DNA from: a virus
DNA: 64,000 bases
IMG/VR virus record: IMGVR_UViG_3300030012_005163
Span: 96,001-160,000 of that record
Reading direction: 5' to 3' (one strand)
The position numbers and the translations under genes are program-made. The stretch's first letter is position 1. The number at the start of each line of letters is the position of its first letter. This document shows, piece after piece, positions 21,601 to 30,634 of the stretch. The notes beneath the pieces are model-generated. The model was not told where the DNA came from, made no database searches, and saw nothing but the letters and a program-made list of their open reading frames with translations.

Positions 21601-24600
21601 AAGGTATTATTTACCCTACTTACAAACAATCATTTAGTCAAAGTACAAGAAATAACCCTCAAAATGCATTGGATAATTATTTAGCAGAAGTGAGGGCAGG
21701 TAAGGATGTACCTAGTTTCCCTAAATATTTTAAACCTATCGATTGTGACGGTAAATCCACAACTTTAATTTCTAGTGAAGAGTGTTGTGCATACTATGGT
21801 TTTGATCATTATTATGTAAATATAACACAAGAAGATGGTAGTGTTACTAGTGTAGTTTATTGTAGAGGAAGGCAAAATGATGTGGGAGAATTACCAATTG
21901 ATGAGACTAAACCTAATGATAGTACATCTCCTAGACCTAAACCTGGAAAAGGTGGTAAAGGAGAGTTATACAATCCTACTAAAGGTATTGATAAAGAAAT
22001 TGAAACGATAAATAAAGAACAAAAAGAAGTAACTAAAAAAATAGAAAATAGTAGAACTTTAACTAACAAACAAAAATCTAATTTACGTTTAGAAAAAATA
22101 AATTTAGAACAAAGAAAAATTGATTTATCTACACAAAAACAAAAATTAAATGTAAAAAATACACGTACCATCCAACCAGCATTAGAAAAGGGTTATACTA
22201 AATACGTACCGGGTAGTAATTTAAATGCAGTAACAACTAAAGGAGATGAAATAAGTGTAATAAAAGATAGAAAAGGTGTATACAATAAAGGCATAAAAGA
22301 CAATAAAGGAGATAAAGTAACTACAGATTTTGGTTCACCCTTTGGTAATCCTGACTTACAAGATATTACTAATTGGAAACTTTCTTCTGTAGATCAATAT
22401 GGTAGAATAACATTTACACCTGTGGATAGAAACGATAGTTCAATATTGAATTGGGAATCGACTTCTGAAAGCGGTGCAGATTTATATAAAGAATGTTGTT
22501 TGAGTAAGGGTTATGCTTTTGGAGAATTTCAGATAAATCCCGCAAATAATGAACTTGTACCTTATAATGGACAACCTAACAGTTTCACTAATGGTGCTAC
22601 TTTTAATGCATGTATCGAACCTACTCATACACCATGTGATGATACAACGGATGTAAAATTAATTTTTGGAAGTAATGGATCGGATGGTTTCTTCTTACCT
22701 GAAAATACTGAAAGTAATGAAGTAACTATTAAGTTTGATTATATGATTAAGTATGACGCAGAGTCACTTATTAATTGTGCAGGAATTGAAGTTTGTCCAC
22801 TTCCCTTAGATTTATATACTAATAGTATCTATAATTTAGATTGTAGGAACTTTATAGTTTTTACACAATCAGAAGAATATAAAAATATATTACAAAAAAA
22901 TGTATTATATATAGATACTGATATTGTTCCAAATTCTGAAGAATCTTTAGATTTAACTAAACCAGATAAAGATGGAATACCTAACTTAATACCTTATTGG
23001 GATACTAATAATATACAAGTATGGCAAACACCGGGAATTCAACAGACTATTGAAGATGGTGAATGTTGTACGGCATATGGTGGAGAATATGTTAATAAAG
23101 AAAGTTGGGGTAAAGTTAATTTTGAAAACGTAAGAGCCATTAAAAATGATTTTGATAATACATTAAGAGAAGTATATAAAGTAGGTGTAACCTCAACTAA
23201 CTTTCCTTCATGGGTAGATGATGATTTTAAATCTACTGCGTCAAAACTTTTACAATATACTGAAGAAGTACAAAATATTTTAAATGATGAGTGTCTTAAC
23301 TATGAAATATTTAATGGACAAAATTATTGTGATGATTTTGATAAAATTATTACTACTGAAAAAGTATGTGCATTATTAGTACCTAAAAAATTAGGTGGAT
23401 ATAGTGAAATTTTAAAAGAATATTGGAGATTAATAAATCAGTTAACTTTAATGGAAACTCAACTTACAATATGTGTTGAAAGGAATGAAAAAATAGGTGA
23501 TTTAATTAAAGAAGTAGATAAAGAAAGAATTAAAGAAGAAGTAGATAAAGAAAAGAACAAAGAAGATAGTAGAAAAAGTGAAGAAGAACTAGAAACTGAG
23601 TACTCACTTAAAGAACGTGAATTTAGAAACATTGAAAAACAAATCAATGATATCACTGAAATAACAATTGCTATTGACTCAGTAAAAGAAGAAAATTTAC
23701 CTAAAATAAATTGTAATATATATCAAGATCAGATAAAATTAATACAAAATTATAATGTAGATGAGTTTTGTAGAACAGAAACTAATGGTGTATCTGATAA
23801 TCCTGATGTGGTGTTTACCGCATATAATAGATGTGTTGAAAGAAAAAGATTAGAATTAGGGCAAGAATTAAAAAAATATCAAGAGTTATATCAAAACTGT
23901 GTAAAAAGTAATGTTATTAGTGATGAAATAACTAAAGCAACAAGTAATAATGATTTAGTTACTAAAGATAGATTAACTACTGAATATGATTTCACATTAA
24001 GAAATATAGATGAATTACAATCTACAGTGTATTGTGAGGATATAAATGAGCAGAACGAACAATTAAGAGTTACTACTGAACAAGAAAATAATATTCAAAA
24101 GAATGTAGATATAGTCGCTAAAATATTAGATGTAGATAGTGATACAATAAGAAATGGTAATACTACCGATTTATCTACACCACAAAAAATAGAAGTTACT
24201 AGAATTCTTAATACACAAAAGAATGTAGAAAACAAATTAAAAATTAAGAAAGAAGAAATAGAAAAAGAACTTACTAAAATAAGTAATGATAAAGAAAGAA
24301 TTAAAAATGAATTAGAGGTAGAGGAAAAAGATAAAGAGGAAATTATTAAAAATATTAAAGATGTTAAAAGTAATTTAGAAAAAGAATTAGGGGATAAAAA
24401 ACAAATAAATTGTTGTAGAGAAACTTTAAGTTTAACTCAAAAACTTTTAGAAGAATTAAAAGAAGTAAGAAGTGGAGTTTATTATGAAACAGATACTTTA
24501 TATCAACAATGGTATCTACAAAGATATAATAACTATTTATCGTATGTCCAAAGTAAAATGGCTACGGCATTTGACTATATGGATGAACTTAGACTGAGTT

Positions 24601-26870
24601 TTAATTTAGAAGTAGATAATAATTCTATTGGTAGTATACCTCCAAATGATATTGTAACTAATCTTACAACATTACCAATTATGGATGATAGTAATCCAAT
24701 ATGGACATTTAATCCACAAAATTATAGTGGGGTAATTATAGGAGGTTCTCAATATTATAGTAACCTTTTAGAAGATTCAATAACAGTTGCATTGATACAA
24801 CAAGGATTTAGTGGTTTAGATGCAGTTTTTGAACCGAAGTGGCAAAATTTCGAATTAAAATTACCTCAAAGTGTTATCGAAAATTTAAATGGTGCATATC
24901 CTAATAAACAATTTTTCTTATCATTTATGTTGGAGCAATATGAATGTAATGTGTGTTTATTGTTAGATAATATACAAATTAATTATAAAACATATGATAT
25001 ATTACCTTTTAATAATACTGCAGGTGATGGTTTACCAGAATTGAGTTGTGTTATAGATAATAGAAAATCTTGGGTGTATGTGGGTGATAGTATAAAACCC
25101 GTTAGTTATTTACCAGATGGTGAATGTCAAAAAAATGAAGTAACTTGTGCAACTCCTTTACAAATAACTGCACAAAATAGATTATGGCAAAATTTAGAGT
25201 ATAGATATACTGAATATGACTTTAATCATTCAGACTTAATTATTAATTCTAAATCCGCATCATTCCAAATAGATCCTTCTAAGTCTATTGAGTGTGACGT
25301 TTATAATTTTTGGAAAAATATAGACTGTGATGAATGTCCTTCTCCGTGTACCAGTGGTGATAGTGTAACTTATGAAGGAGAATTTTTATACACTGGCGGA
25401 ACATCCCAAAGTTATAGTATCCCATTATCTGCAACGTCTACTGGTACTATGTTAAGTGATTGTGAAATTTTTAATAGTACGTTAAAAAATATTGTAGAAA
25501 ATATAAAGGAAGAGTATTATACATTAACCGCAGATTATCCTTCTTCATTAAACGCAAGTTATTACGATTTAATTGAAAAAGGTGGTAGTAGTGAAGAATT
25601 ATTAATTGTAGATAATGATTGTAACACACAAACTTTTGTAATAGGAGATAGAGAAAATCTAAATAACGATCAAAGGTTAATTGTTGAGGAAGGTGATGGT
25701 ACTATATCATTATTTGGTTTATATGTTTATAGTGGTTCAACACCATATAGTGGTGGTGAAATAACAGATATTATCAGTGGAGTTTCTGCACAAACCTTTA
25801 ATCAAACATCTGATATGACTGAAGAATGTTGTAAAAATTTAAATACAATATTGTCAAATAAAGGTAAATATGGTTTAGGTTTAGATAAAGACTATGTATG
25901 GAACGAATCACTCAGTGGTTGTACGTGGAGAGAAATAAATGATGGACAAGGGGATTGTACTCATTGTGGTAATACTACACATTCTTCATTTACAGGAACT
26001 AGTAGTGGGGTTACTTGTGAGGTGGTAAATAAAACAATATGTGTAAATCCTTTAGATTTCTTAGATCAACCACCTTCTAAAATTAAAGTAAAAGAAGTAT
26101 TTGACGAAATGGTACAAAGTAATCTTATAAATGCACAAAATAGACAAACTATTAGTGGATATCCTACTTTAAAATTATTTTACGAACTTTATTTAAAAGC
26201 TAGTAATTGTGGTGAACAATATAGTGGTAAATTAACATATAATAACCTATTCCAATTTATGGATTTAATAGGTGATTATTGGTTAGAGTTAATTGAACAA
26301 GTTATACCATCTACTACAATAATGGAAGGGTGTGATAATTCTGGTAAGGTTTATAGGAATACTATTTTTGATAATAATAAATTTGTTTATAAAAAATATG
26401 CGTTAAATTATTTAGAAGTGACAAATGATTGTACTGTTAGTGGGGTAACTGATAATTCTATAGGACAAGAAACAGTAGATGTGGCAGTAGAGGAAATTTG
26501 TTTAGGTGGTGGTTGTTTACCACAAGAAAGTAATGATTGTCAAGAAGAAATTCTACAATTACAACAACAAATAAGTGATTTACAATCTCAACTAGAGACT
26601 ACTACTAATCAAATAAGTGCAACACAATTAGCAATTAATACCATTAAAAATGATATTAAAAATTTAATCTTTGTTAATAAACCTGCTAGAGAACAAAAAG
26701 AAGTCACTCAAAAAGAAAGGGAACAAATTAAATTACAACAAAAAGAAAAAGAAAGTTTAAGAGATTTAAAAAAGATAAAACAACAACAACAGAATAAAGA
26801 AACGGAGGCTAGAGTAAAAAGAAATATAAAGGAACAATCTACCTCAATAAAAAGAAATAGTAGAAGTTAA
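18612..26870 (+). CDS. Giant baseplate/tail protein (2752 aa), gp7/P2 gpI-like wedge motif plus Cys modules and coiled coils
   Basis: ELYRRLILNVAWLWKSKGARKAIEFLFRFIG resembles the KSKGT wedge motif; repeated (E/Q)CCxxxG; long heptad segments. Confidence 0.65.
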   Translation: MPHNNQNNNQTNNNSNKVIKVTGYAKRKFFDGGIEYRDFSDDLVGLQLTNEGGTPLFTLGNFKVTTNLSPKLNKTYNQGTYSDFFSLDDLDDGQQISLKVQKNQKAGLNLDITNPLSYILYGSAEEKIRVSLEYINEYFPAAIYVDNVIGTVSGNNITNYSYDSLSDESTFYINTNYFNNPFNIKYTVDRKNTSDEDTSNPLRNLTLNHKNYVVEHNGISKKIKFLTGSTTTTNGIIRVVVDGNPFPEITGINFSQFTFLNGASNASIPFFIKPNEIQSENFFAGLNNLEKNILNRNVYPIYTATFSTPKETSQGVIVYSDEKLTFPILSDGYNLNFFDGLYVTYLNNLISIGENLDKFKTDIIKRKYTAEVITGFDTLPSGDGSEDLELDGAKATKLLRIYGIEFDEIKKYIDGIKFAHVITYDKKNNTPDSLVKDLANMLGFGEFDFLTDANILKNVLPSNGVGLMSGTSTNLSLEEIDIELYRRLILNVAWLWKSKGARKAIEFLFRFIGAPESLVNFDEYIVLADKPVNISQLKSMLYVYTGSSDLKDLPFDSDGYPLPTPNGEKVLIGFDNTTTPPSPIYDTSWFQKEGGWYRETGGLNPPIDITEGNNAHEGPYDRGSFYMNQFTTSIYPNDITSNFITLTGNTIYQNQFFNYNDGFINGTIDNDILYITPINPLNNQIITEGLEIEFSIVPSPPISGGTTIFQDLCIQAKEEYDAWVELIKENCELVYSPEWFRVQQNYIVAKNNLNKEISSRNGNDNDALEICINFDCDSIEVVQNPCEQYTMVEDDGLIYFVDENGNQVNFDSFPQCCVAAGGEYFSYINQSGQESLFCAKEPPCIGKPINTTGEAVVWEIEGVNAVPDNIIEIRPSTKPVPQYEDKCIRQSNRVRFDSEESRIKFLQDCTTRLRLESGVGESNGISGCYQLTEAGEFYFGFKSKANNTEFTTRISKNEAPYVVYDKNSKPVGYIPNTTGISLISEGVSAMNYVKRNKGIIYPTYKQSFSQSTRNNPQNALDNYLAEVRAGKDVPSFPKYFKPIDCDGKSTTLISSEECCAYYGFDHYYVNITQEDGSVTSVVYCRGRQNDVGELPIDETKPNDSTSPRPKPGKGGKGELYNPTKGIDKEIETINKEQKEVTKKIENSRTLTNKQKSNLRLEKINLEQRKIDLSTQKQKLNVKNTRTIQPALEKGYTKYVPGSNLNAVTTKGDEISVIKDRKGVYNKGIKDNKGDKVTTDFGSPFGNPDLQDITNWKLSSVDQYGRITFTPVDRNDSSILNWESTSESGADLYKECCLSKGYAFGEFQINPANNELVPYNGQPNSFTNGATFNACIEPTHTPCDDTTDVKLIFGSNGSDGFFLPENTESNEVTIKFDYMIKYDAESLINCAGIEVCPLPLDLYTNSIYNLDCRNFIVFTQSEEYKNILQKNVLYIDTDIVPNSEESLDLTKPDKDGIPNLIPYWDTNNIQVWQTPGIQQTIEDGECCTAYGGEYVNKESWGKVNFENVRAIKNDFDNTLREVYKVGVTSTNFPSWVDDDFKSTASKLLQYTEEVQNILNDECLNYEIFNGQNYCDDFDKIITTEKVCALLVPKKLGGYSEILKEYWRLINQLTLMETQLTICVERNEKIGDLIKEVDKERIKEEVDKEKNKEDSRKSEEELETEYSLKEREFRNIEKQINDITEITIAIDSVKEENLPKINCNIYQDQIKLIQNYNVDEFCRTETNGVSDNPDVVFTAYNRCVERKRLELGQELKKYQELYQNCVKSNVISDEITKATSNNDLVTKDRLTTEYDFTLRNIDELQSTVYCEDINEQNEQLRVTTEQENNIQKNVDIVAKILDVDSDTIRNGNTTDLSTPQKIEVTRILNTQKNVENKLKIKKEEIEKELTKISNDKERIKNELEVEEKDKEEIIKNIKDVKSNLEKELGDKKQINCCRETLSLTQKLLEELKEVRSGVYYETDTLYQQWYLQRYNNYLSYVQSKMATAFDYMDELRLSFNLEVDNNSIGSIPPNDIVTNLTTLPIMDDSNPIWTFNPQNYSGVIIGGSQYYSNLLEDSITVALIQQGFSGLDAVFEPKWQNFELKLPQSVIENLNGAYPNKQFFLSFMLEQYECNVCLLLDNIQINYKTYDILPFNNTAGDGLPELSCVIDNRKSWVYVGDSIKPVSYLPDGECQKNEVTCATPLQITAQNRLWQNLEYRYTEYDFNHSDLIINSKSASFQIDPSKSIECDVYNFWKNIDCDECPSPCTSGDSVTYEGEFLYTGGTSQSYSIPLSATSTGTMLSDCEIFNSTLKNIVENIKEEYYTLTADYPSSLNASYYDLIEKGGSSEELLIVDNDCNTQTFVIGDRENLNNDQRLIVEEGDGTISLFGLYVYSGSTPYSGGEITDIISGVSAQTFNQTSDMTEECCKNLNTILSNKGKYGLGLDKDYVWNESLSGCTWREINDGQGDCTHCGNTTHSSFTGTSSGVTCEVVNKTICVNPLDFLDQPPSKIKVKEVFDEMVQSNLINAQNRQTISGYPTLKLFYELYLKASNCGEQYSGKLTYNNLFQFMDLIGDYWLELIEQVIPSTTIMEGCDNSGKVYRNTIFDNNKFVYKKYALNYLEVTNDCTVSGVTDNSIGQETVDVAVEEICLGGGCLPQESNDCQEEILQLQQQISDLQSQLETTTNQISATQLAINTIKNDIKNLIFVNKPAREQKEVTQKEREQIKLQQKEKESLRDLKKIKQQQQNKETEARVKRNIKEQSTSIKRNSRS

Positions 26871-26881
26871 AATAAACAAAT

Positions 26882-27625
26882 ATGATACCTAAGAATAATA
26901 TAAAAATTAATGAGAGTAAGGTTAATAAGAAAGCGGTACAACCACCCTTAGCAACTAACCCTTACAATCCGAAACCACCTACTTCACCTGCCACTGAAGG
27001 TAATAGTAAAAAACCTTTAACAGGTAGTAGTAAACTTCCTACAGTTGGTGGTGATGTTATAGGTAATACTACTGTTCCTAAACCGGGTACTAAAAAACCA
27101 CCTACCTCACCTATTACAGGTGGAAAACCTAACCTTCAATTAGAACAATTAACAACACAGTTACAATCATTGGTAAATCAATTGGATATTTTGACTCAAA
27201 CAGAAACTTCTTTAAACCAACAAATAGGTGATTTAGATGAACAATTAGTTTCATTACAAAAAGAATGTGAAGAGTTAGCCGCACAACAATTACAAGCAGA
27301 ACAAGATTTCCAAAGTACTAAAAATGATTGTTATTCTTTAAGTGTAGAAATAGAAATGGTACAACAACAACTTATAAATACACCCAATAATAGTGTAAGT
27401 GGTTGTACTTCTAATTCAGAGTATAATAGTTTGTTGGCACATTTAGAAAATTTAAGAGAAAAATATAAAAAGTGTATTGAAGGTGCGGTTGCCACTAATA
27501 TCTCAACATATAATACTGTTTTCATAACTCAAATTTATGAAACTAATGAATATGAAGGAAATGTGACGGTAATTGGTGATGATGAGTGGGATGATAATGA
27601 TCAATTAATAGTAGATTGTGTATAA
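26882..27625 (+). CDS. Pro-rich and coiled-coil structural protein, possibly the detached C-terminus of the giant protein
   Basis: KPPTSP repeats, Q/L heptads like those at the end of the upstream ORF. Confidence 0.55.
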   Translation: MIPKNNIKINESKVNKKAVQPPLATNPYNPKPPTSPATEGNSKKPLTGSSKLPTVGGDVIGNTTVPKPGTKKPPTSPITGGKPNLQLEQLTTQLQSLVNQLDILTQTETSLNQQIGDLDEQLVSLQKECEELAAQQLQAEQDFQSTKNDCYSLSVEIEMVQQQLINTPNNSVSGCTSNSEYNSLLAHLENLREKYKKCIEGAVATNISTYNTVFITQIYETNEYEGNVTVIGDDEWDDNDQLIVDCV

Positions 27626-27640
27626 AATGAAATATAAAAT

Positions 27641-27649
27641 ATATTTATA
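27641..27649 (+). promoter_or_regulatory. ATATTTATA putative late-promoter motif
   Basis: 4 nt before ATG 27654. Confidence 0.55.
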
Positions 27650-27653
27650 AATA

Positions 27654-30590
27654 ATGGCGAAAATTAAAGGAAATATTACGAATCCACTTACTGTAAATGG
27701 TAACATTATTGTAGAAAATGAAGTAAGGACAGAATTAGATATTAATTTAAATATTAATTATTTAGCAAATTCACTTTCTCCGTCTTTATTTACTGTAAAT
27801 AATGCGTATTTTTTGGATAATTTTTCTCAGATTAAAAATTTAATTTTTAAAAATGTACCCGTATCTTTAGGTAATGTAGCTTTAAATACTTCATCAGTAA
27901 ATAAATTATGTTTATTTAAATACGAAGTAGACCCAAATGGAGTATTACAGGAAATAGATATATTTGATGATATACCTATGCAATATATTGATGGTGGTAA
28001 AACTTATTTACACTACGGTGCAATAAGTGAAAAGAAAATTTATTTGGGGTGGGAGCCAGTAAGTAATGAAGATAAGTATTCACATGAAGAAAGATCTGAC
28101 GTTTATGGATTTGATTATCCACAGTTTACTCCTAGAGGTACTCGTAAAATCCCTATTTCTGGTAGTAATGATACTTTATGTGGACCTATTACTTACGAAG
28201 GAAACGAATACACATACGATAGATTAAATTATAATTGGTTATTTGGGCAACGAGCAGGAATAAATTTCCAAACTATTGAAACCGGTGCAACACCAGTAGT
28301 TATAACTGGTTCTGTAGTTTCACAAGAAGGTTGTTCTTCAATATCTAATCAAAACGGAGATTTATTATTTTATACAGATGGAAATACTATTTATACAAGT
28401 GGTAATACAGTGATGCTACAGGGTTCTAATTTAAGTAGTTCTGGCACATCTACACAATCATCTCTAATTGTTCCTCAACCCAATAGTAAAAACTATTATT
28501 TATTTACAACAGATTATGAAGGCAATCCTAATGGGTTTGAATATAGTATTGTTGATATGTTAAAACAAGATGGAGAAGGACAAGTTACTTTAAAAAATCT
28601 AAAATTGATTCCTTTTCCTATAACTGAAAAAGTTACTGCTTGTTCACATGAAAATGAAGTAGACTATTGGATAATTACACATACTAGTGGAGATTCTAAA
28701 TTTTATTCATATAGATTAAATACTCGTGGTTTAATTGGTCCTGTTATTAGTGACACAGGAGTTACACATACAACTAGTAGAGGTTATATGAAAACATCAC
28801 CTGATAGTAAAAAATTAATTTCATTATTATATGATGAAAACATAATTCAGATATTAGATTTTAATAATACTGGTGGTACATTATCTAATGAAATTTTAAT
28901 AAGTGGTGATACTAGATTTGGACAAGGACCTTATGGGTTGGAGTACTCGTCTGATTCTTCTAAATTTTATGTCAGTGATGGGGCAGCTAATTTAATTATA
29001 CAATATGATTTGTCTTATAGTTCTGCAACTCAAATGTTAGATAATAGTATTATAGTTGCGGAGTTACCGAAAGATACTAGTTTAGGTGCATTACAAATGG
29101 GCCCTGATGAAAAAATATATGCGGCAGACTATTTAAGAAATTTCTTACATGTAATTCATAGACCTAATGGTTTAGGGGTACAATGTAATTTTAGAGAAAG
29201 AGGTTTTTCACTATCTGGAATTAGTAGTGGTGTTACATCTACATGGGGGTTACCTAATGTGGTAACTAGTAAAACACTCTCTTGTGATAGATATGTGTAT
29301 ATAAGTAAAAGAGAAAGAACACCTTTTGACTTTGAATTAGTAATGAATGATGTGTCAGATGTAGTAACACCTAATAAACTTAACTTTACTGCAGAAATTT
29401 ATCCGTACAATGTGGAATCAGGTGCATTTGATAGAGAACCTGTATATGAACAATTTTATGATTATACTGAATTTAGTGCAATTACTGGAAATAGCGAAAC
29501 TAAAATAAATATACCACTTAATAGAATTGATGAAGGTGAGTTTTTAATTAAAGGTTATTATGATTACCCAATAAAAACTTTATTACAGAGACAGTTAGAA
29601 ATAAGAAGAAATACTGTTAATACATATAAAATTGGTACGGAATATAATATCTATAATCCTGAAACGGATTGGTATTTCTTAAATATATACGAAGCAGATA
29701 AACCATTTTTTGTTAATACGGATATTGCTAGTGGTAATTTAATAGGTAATTTAACAGTTAATTCATTTATTACAACATCAGGACAAACAATATTTGGGTA
29801 TCAGTCTTTATCTGATCCTATCGTAACATATAATGGTGTACAATTAGCAAAAGGGTTAGAATATAGTTCTAACACTGAAACTCAAGGGGCTTCCTTTGTT
29901 GAATTTTATACACCGACATTAGAAAATAGAATTGTTACATTGGCATTTGTTAATGATGGACAACCTGAAAATTTAAAAGTGGATACGTATGTAGTTACAT
30001 CACCTATAGTGAGTGGTGCAACTAATAAACAACCTGATGATATTAAATTATATTATAACACTACAGAAAAGACTTTTGAATATTATTTACCTGTTTTACC
30101 TCAAGGTGATGTAGGATTGTCATTAAATGGAGAACTGTTATCTAATAATATTGAATATTTAATTTCATCTTCAGACAATAAAAGAATTATAATTTTAGTA
30201 GAGGTAAAACCAAGAGACATCATTCAAGTATTTTATAACCCAATAACTGGCTTATTTGGACCTTTACAAACTAATAAACCAACATTATCTTGGACAATAA
30301 GTAACGCACCCATTGTGGGACAAAGTGGTGTGTTTACTGTGGAAGTAACTGATGTAGATGATAAAAACTTTGAAAATATACAATATATTGCAACTACACC
30401 TTATATTATAGGAGAAGATAGTTATTCAGTAGATATGGATTTTAGTGATGCAGTTGCAGGAACAAGATTAATATATAGGGTAAAAAATCAAAAGTTTTAT
30501 ACACCTATTGTTGGAGAAATAATAACAAGTATTGCTTATAGTGACACTGTTCCGATAGAAATAGTCACAAATAAGGGAAATATTTATTAA
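27654..30590 (+). CDS. Tail-associated protein with Bacteroidota-type beta-propeller domain
   Basis: NWLFG..AGINF...GDLLFYTDG...STQSSLIVP...GPYGLEYSSDSSKFY...LQMGPDEKIY...WGLPN; later NG..L..GLEY tail modules. Confidence 0.65.
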   Translation: MAKIKGNITNPLTVNGNIIVENEVRTELDINLNINYLANSLSPSLFTVNNAYFLDNFSQIKNLIFKNVPVSLGNVALNTSSVNKLCLFKYEVDPNGVLQEIDIFDDIPMQYIDGGKTYLHYGAISEKKIYLGWEPVSNEDKYSHEERSDVYGFDYPQFTPRGTRKIPISGSNDTLCGPITYEGNEYTYDRLNYNWLFGQRAGINFQTIETGATPVVITGSVVSQEGCSSISNQNGDLLFYTDGNTIYTSGNTVMLQGSNLSSSGTSTQSSLIVPQPNSKNYYLFTTDYEGNPNGFEYSIVDMLKQDGEGQVTLKNLKLIPFPITEKVTACSHENEVDYWIITHTSGDSKFYSYRLNTRGLIGPVISDTGVTHTTSRGYMKTSPDSKKLISLLYDENIIQILDFNNTGGTLSNEILISGDTRFGQGPYGLEYSSDSSKFYVSDGAANLIIQYDLSYSSATQMLDNSIIVAELPKDTSLGALQMGPDEKIYAADYLRNFLHVIHRPNGLGVQCNFRERGFSLSGISSGVTSTWGLPNVVTSKTLSCDRYVYISKRERTPFDFELVMNDVSDVVTPNKLNFTAEIYPYNVESGAFDREPVYEQFYDYTEFSAITGNSETKINIPLNRIDEGEFLIKGYYDYPIKTLLQRQLEIRRNTVNTYKIGTEYNIYNPETDWYFLNIYEADKPFFVNTDIASGNLIGNLTVNSFITTSGQTIFGYQSLSDPIVTYNGVQLAKGLEYSSNTETQGASFVEFYTPTLENRIVTLAFVNDGQPENLKVDTYVVTSPIVSGATNKQPDDIKLYYNTTEKTFEYYLPVLPQGDVGLSLNGELLSNNIEYLISSSDNKRIIILVEVKPRDIIQVFYNPITGLFGPLQTNKPTLSWTISNAPIVGQSGVFTVEVTDVDDKNFENIQYIATTPYIIGEDSYSVDMDFSDAVAGTRLIYRVKNQKFYTPIVGEIITSIAYSDTVPIEIVTNKGNIY

Positions 30591-30607
30591 TAATATTTAC
30601 ATTGAGC

Positions 30608-30616
30608 ATATTTATA
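30608..30616 (+). promoter_or_regulatory. ATATTTATA putative late-promoter motif
   Basis: Intergenic, upstream of ATG 30635. Confidence 0.55.
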
Positions 30617-30634
30617 ATAAAATAATAATTAGTA

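Noticed and set aside
26868-26885. Simple programmed frameshift or stop readthrough joining the 2752-aa and 247-aa ORFs
   Set aside because: The frame of the downstream ORF has TAA at 26873-75, the third frame has TGA at 26883-85, and readthrough of the giant ORF's stop stays in a frame different from the downstream ORF; only a longer bypass could join them
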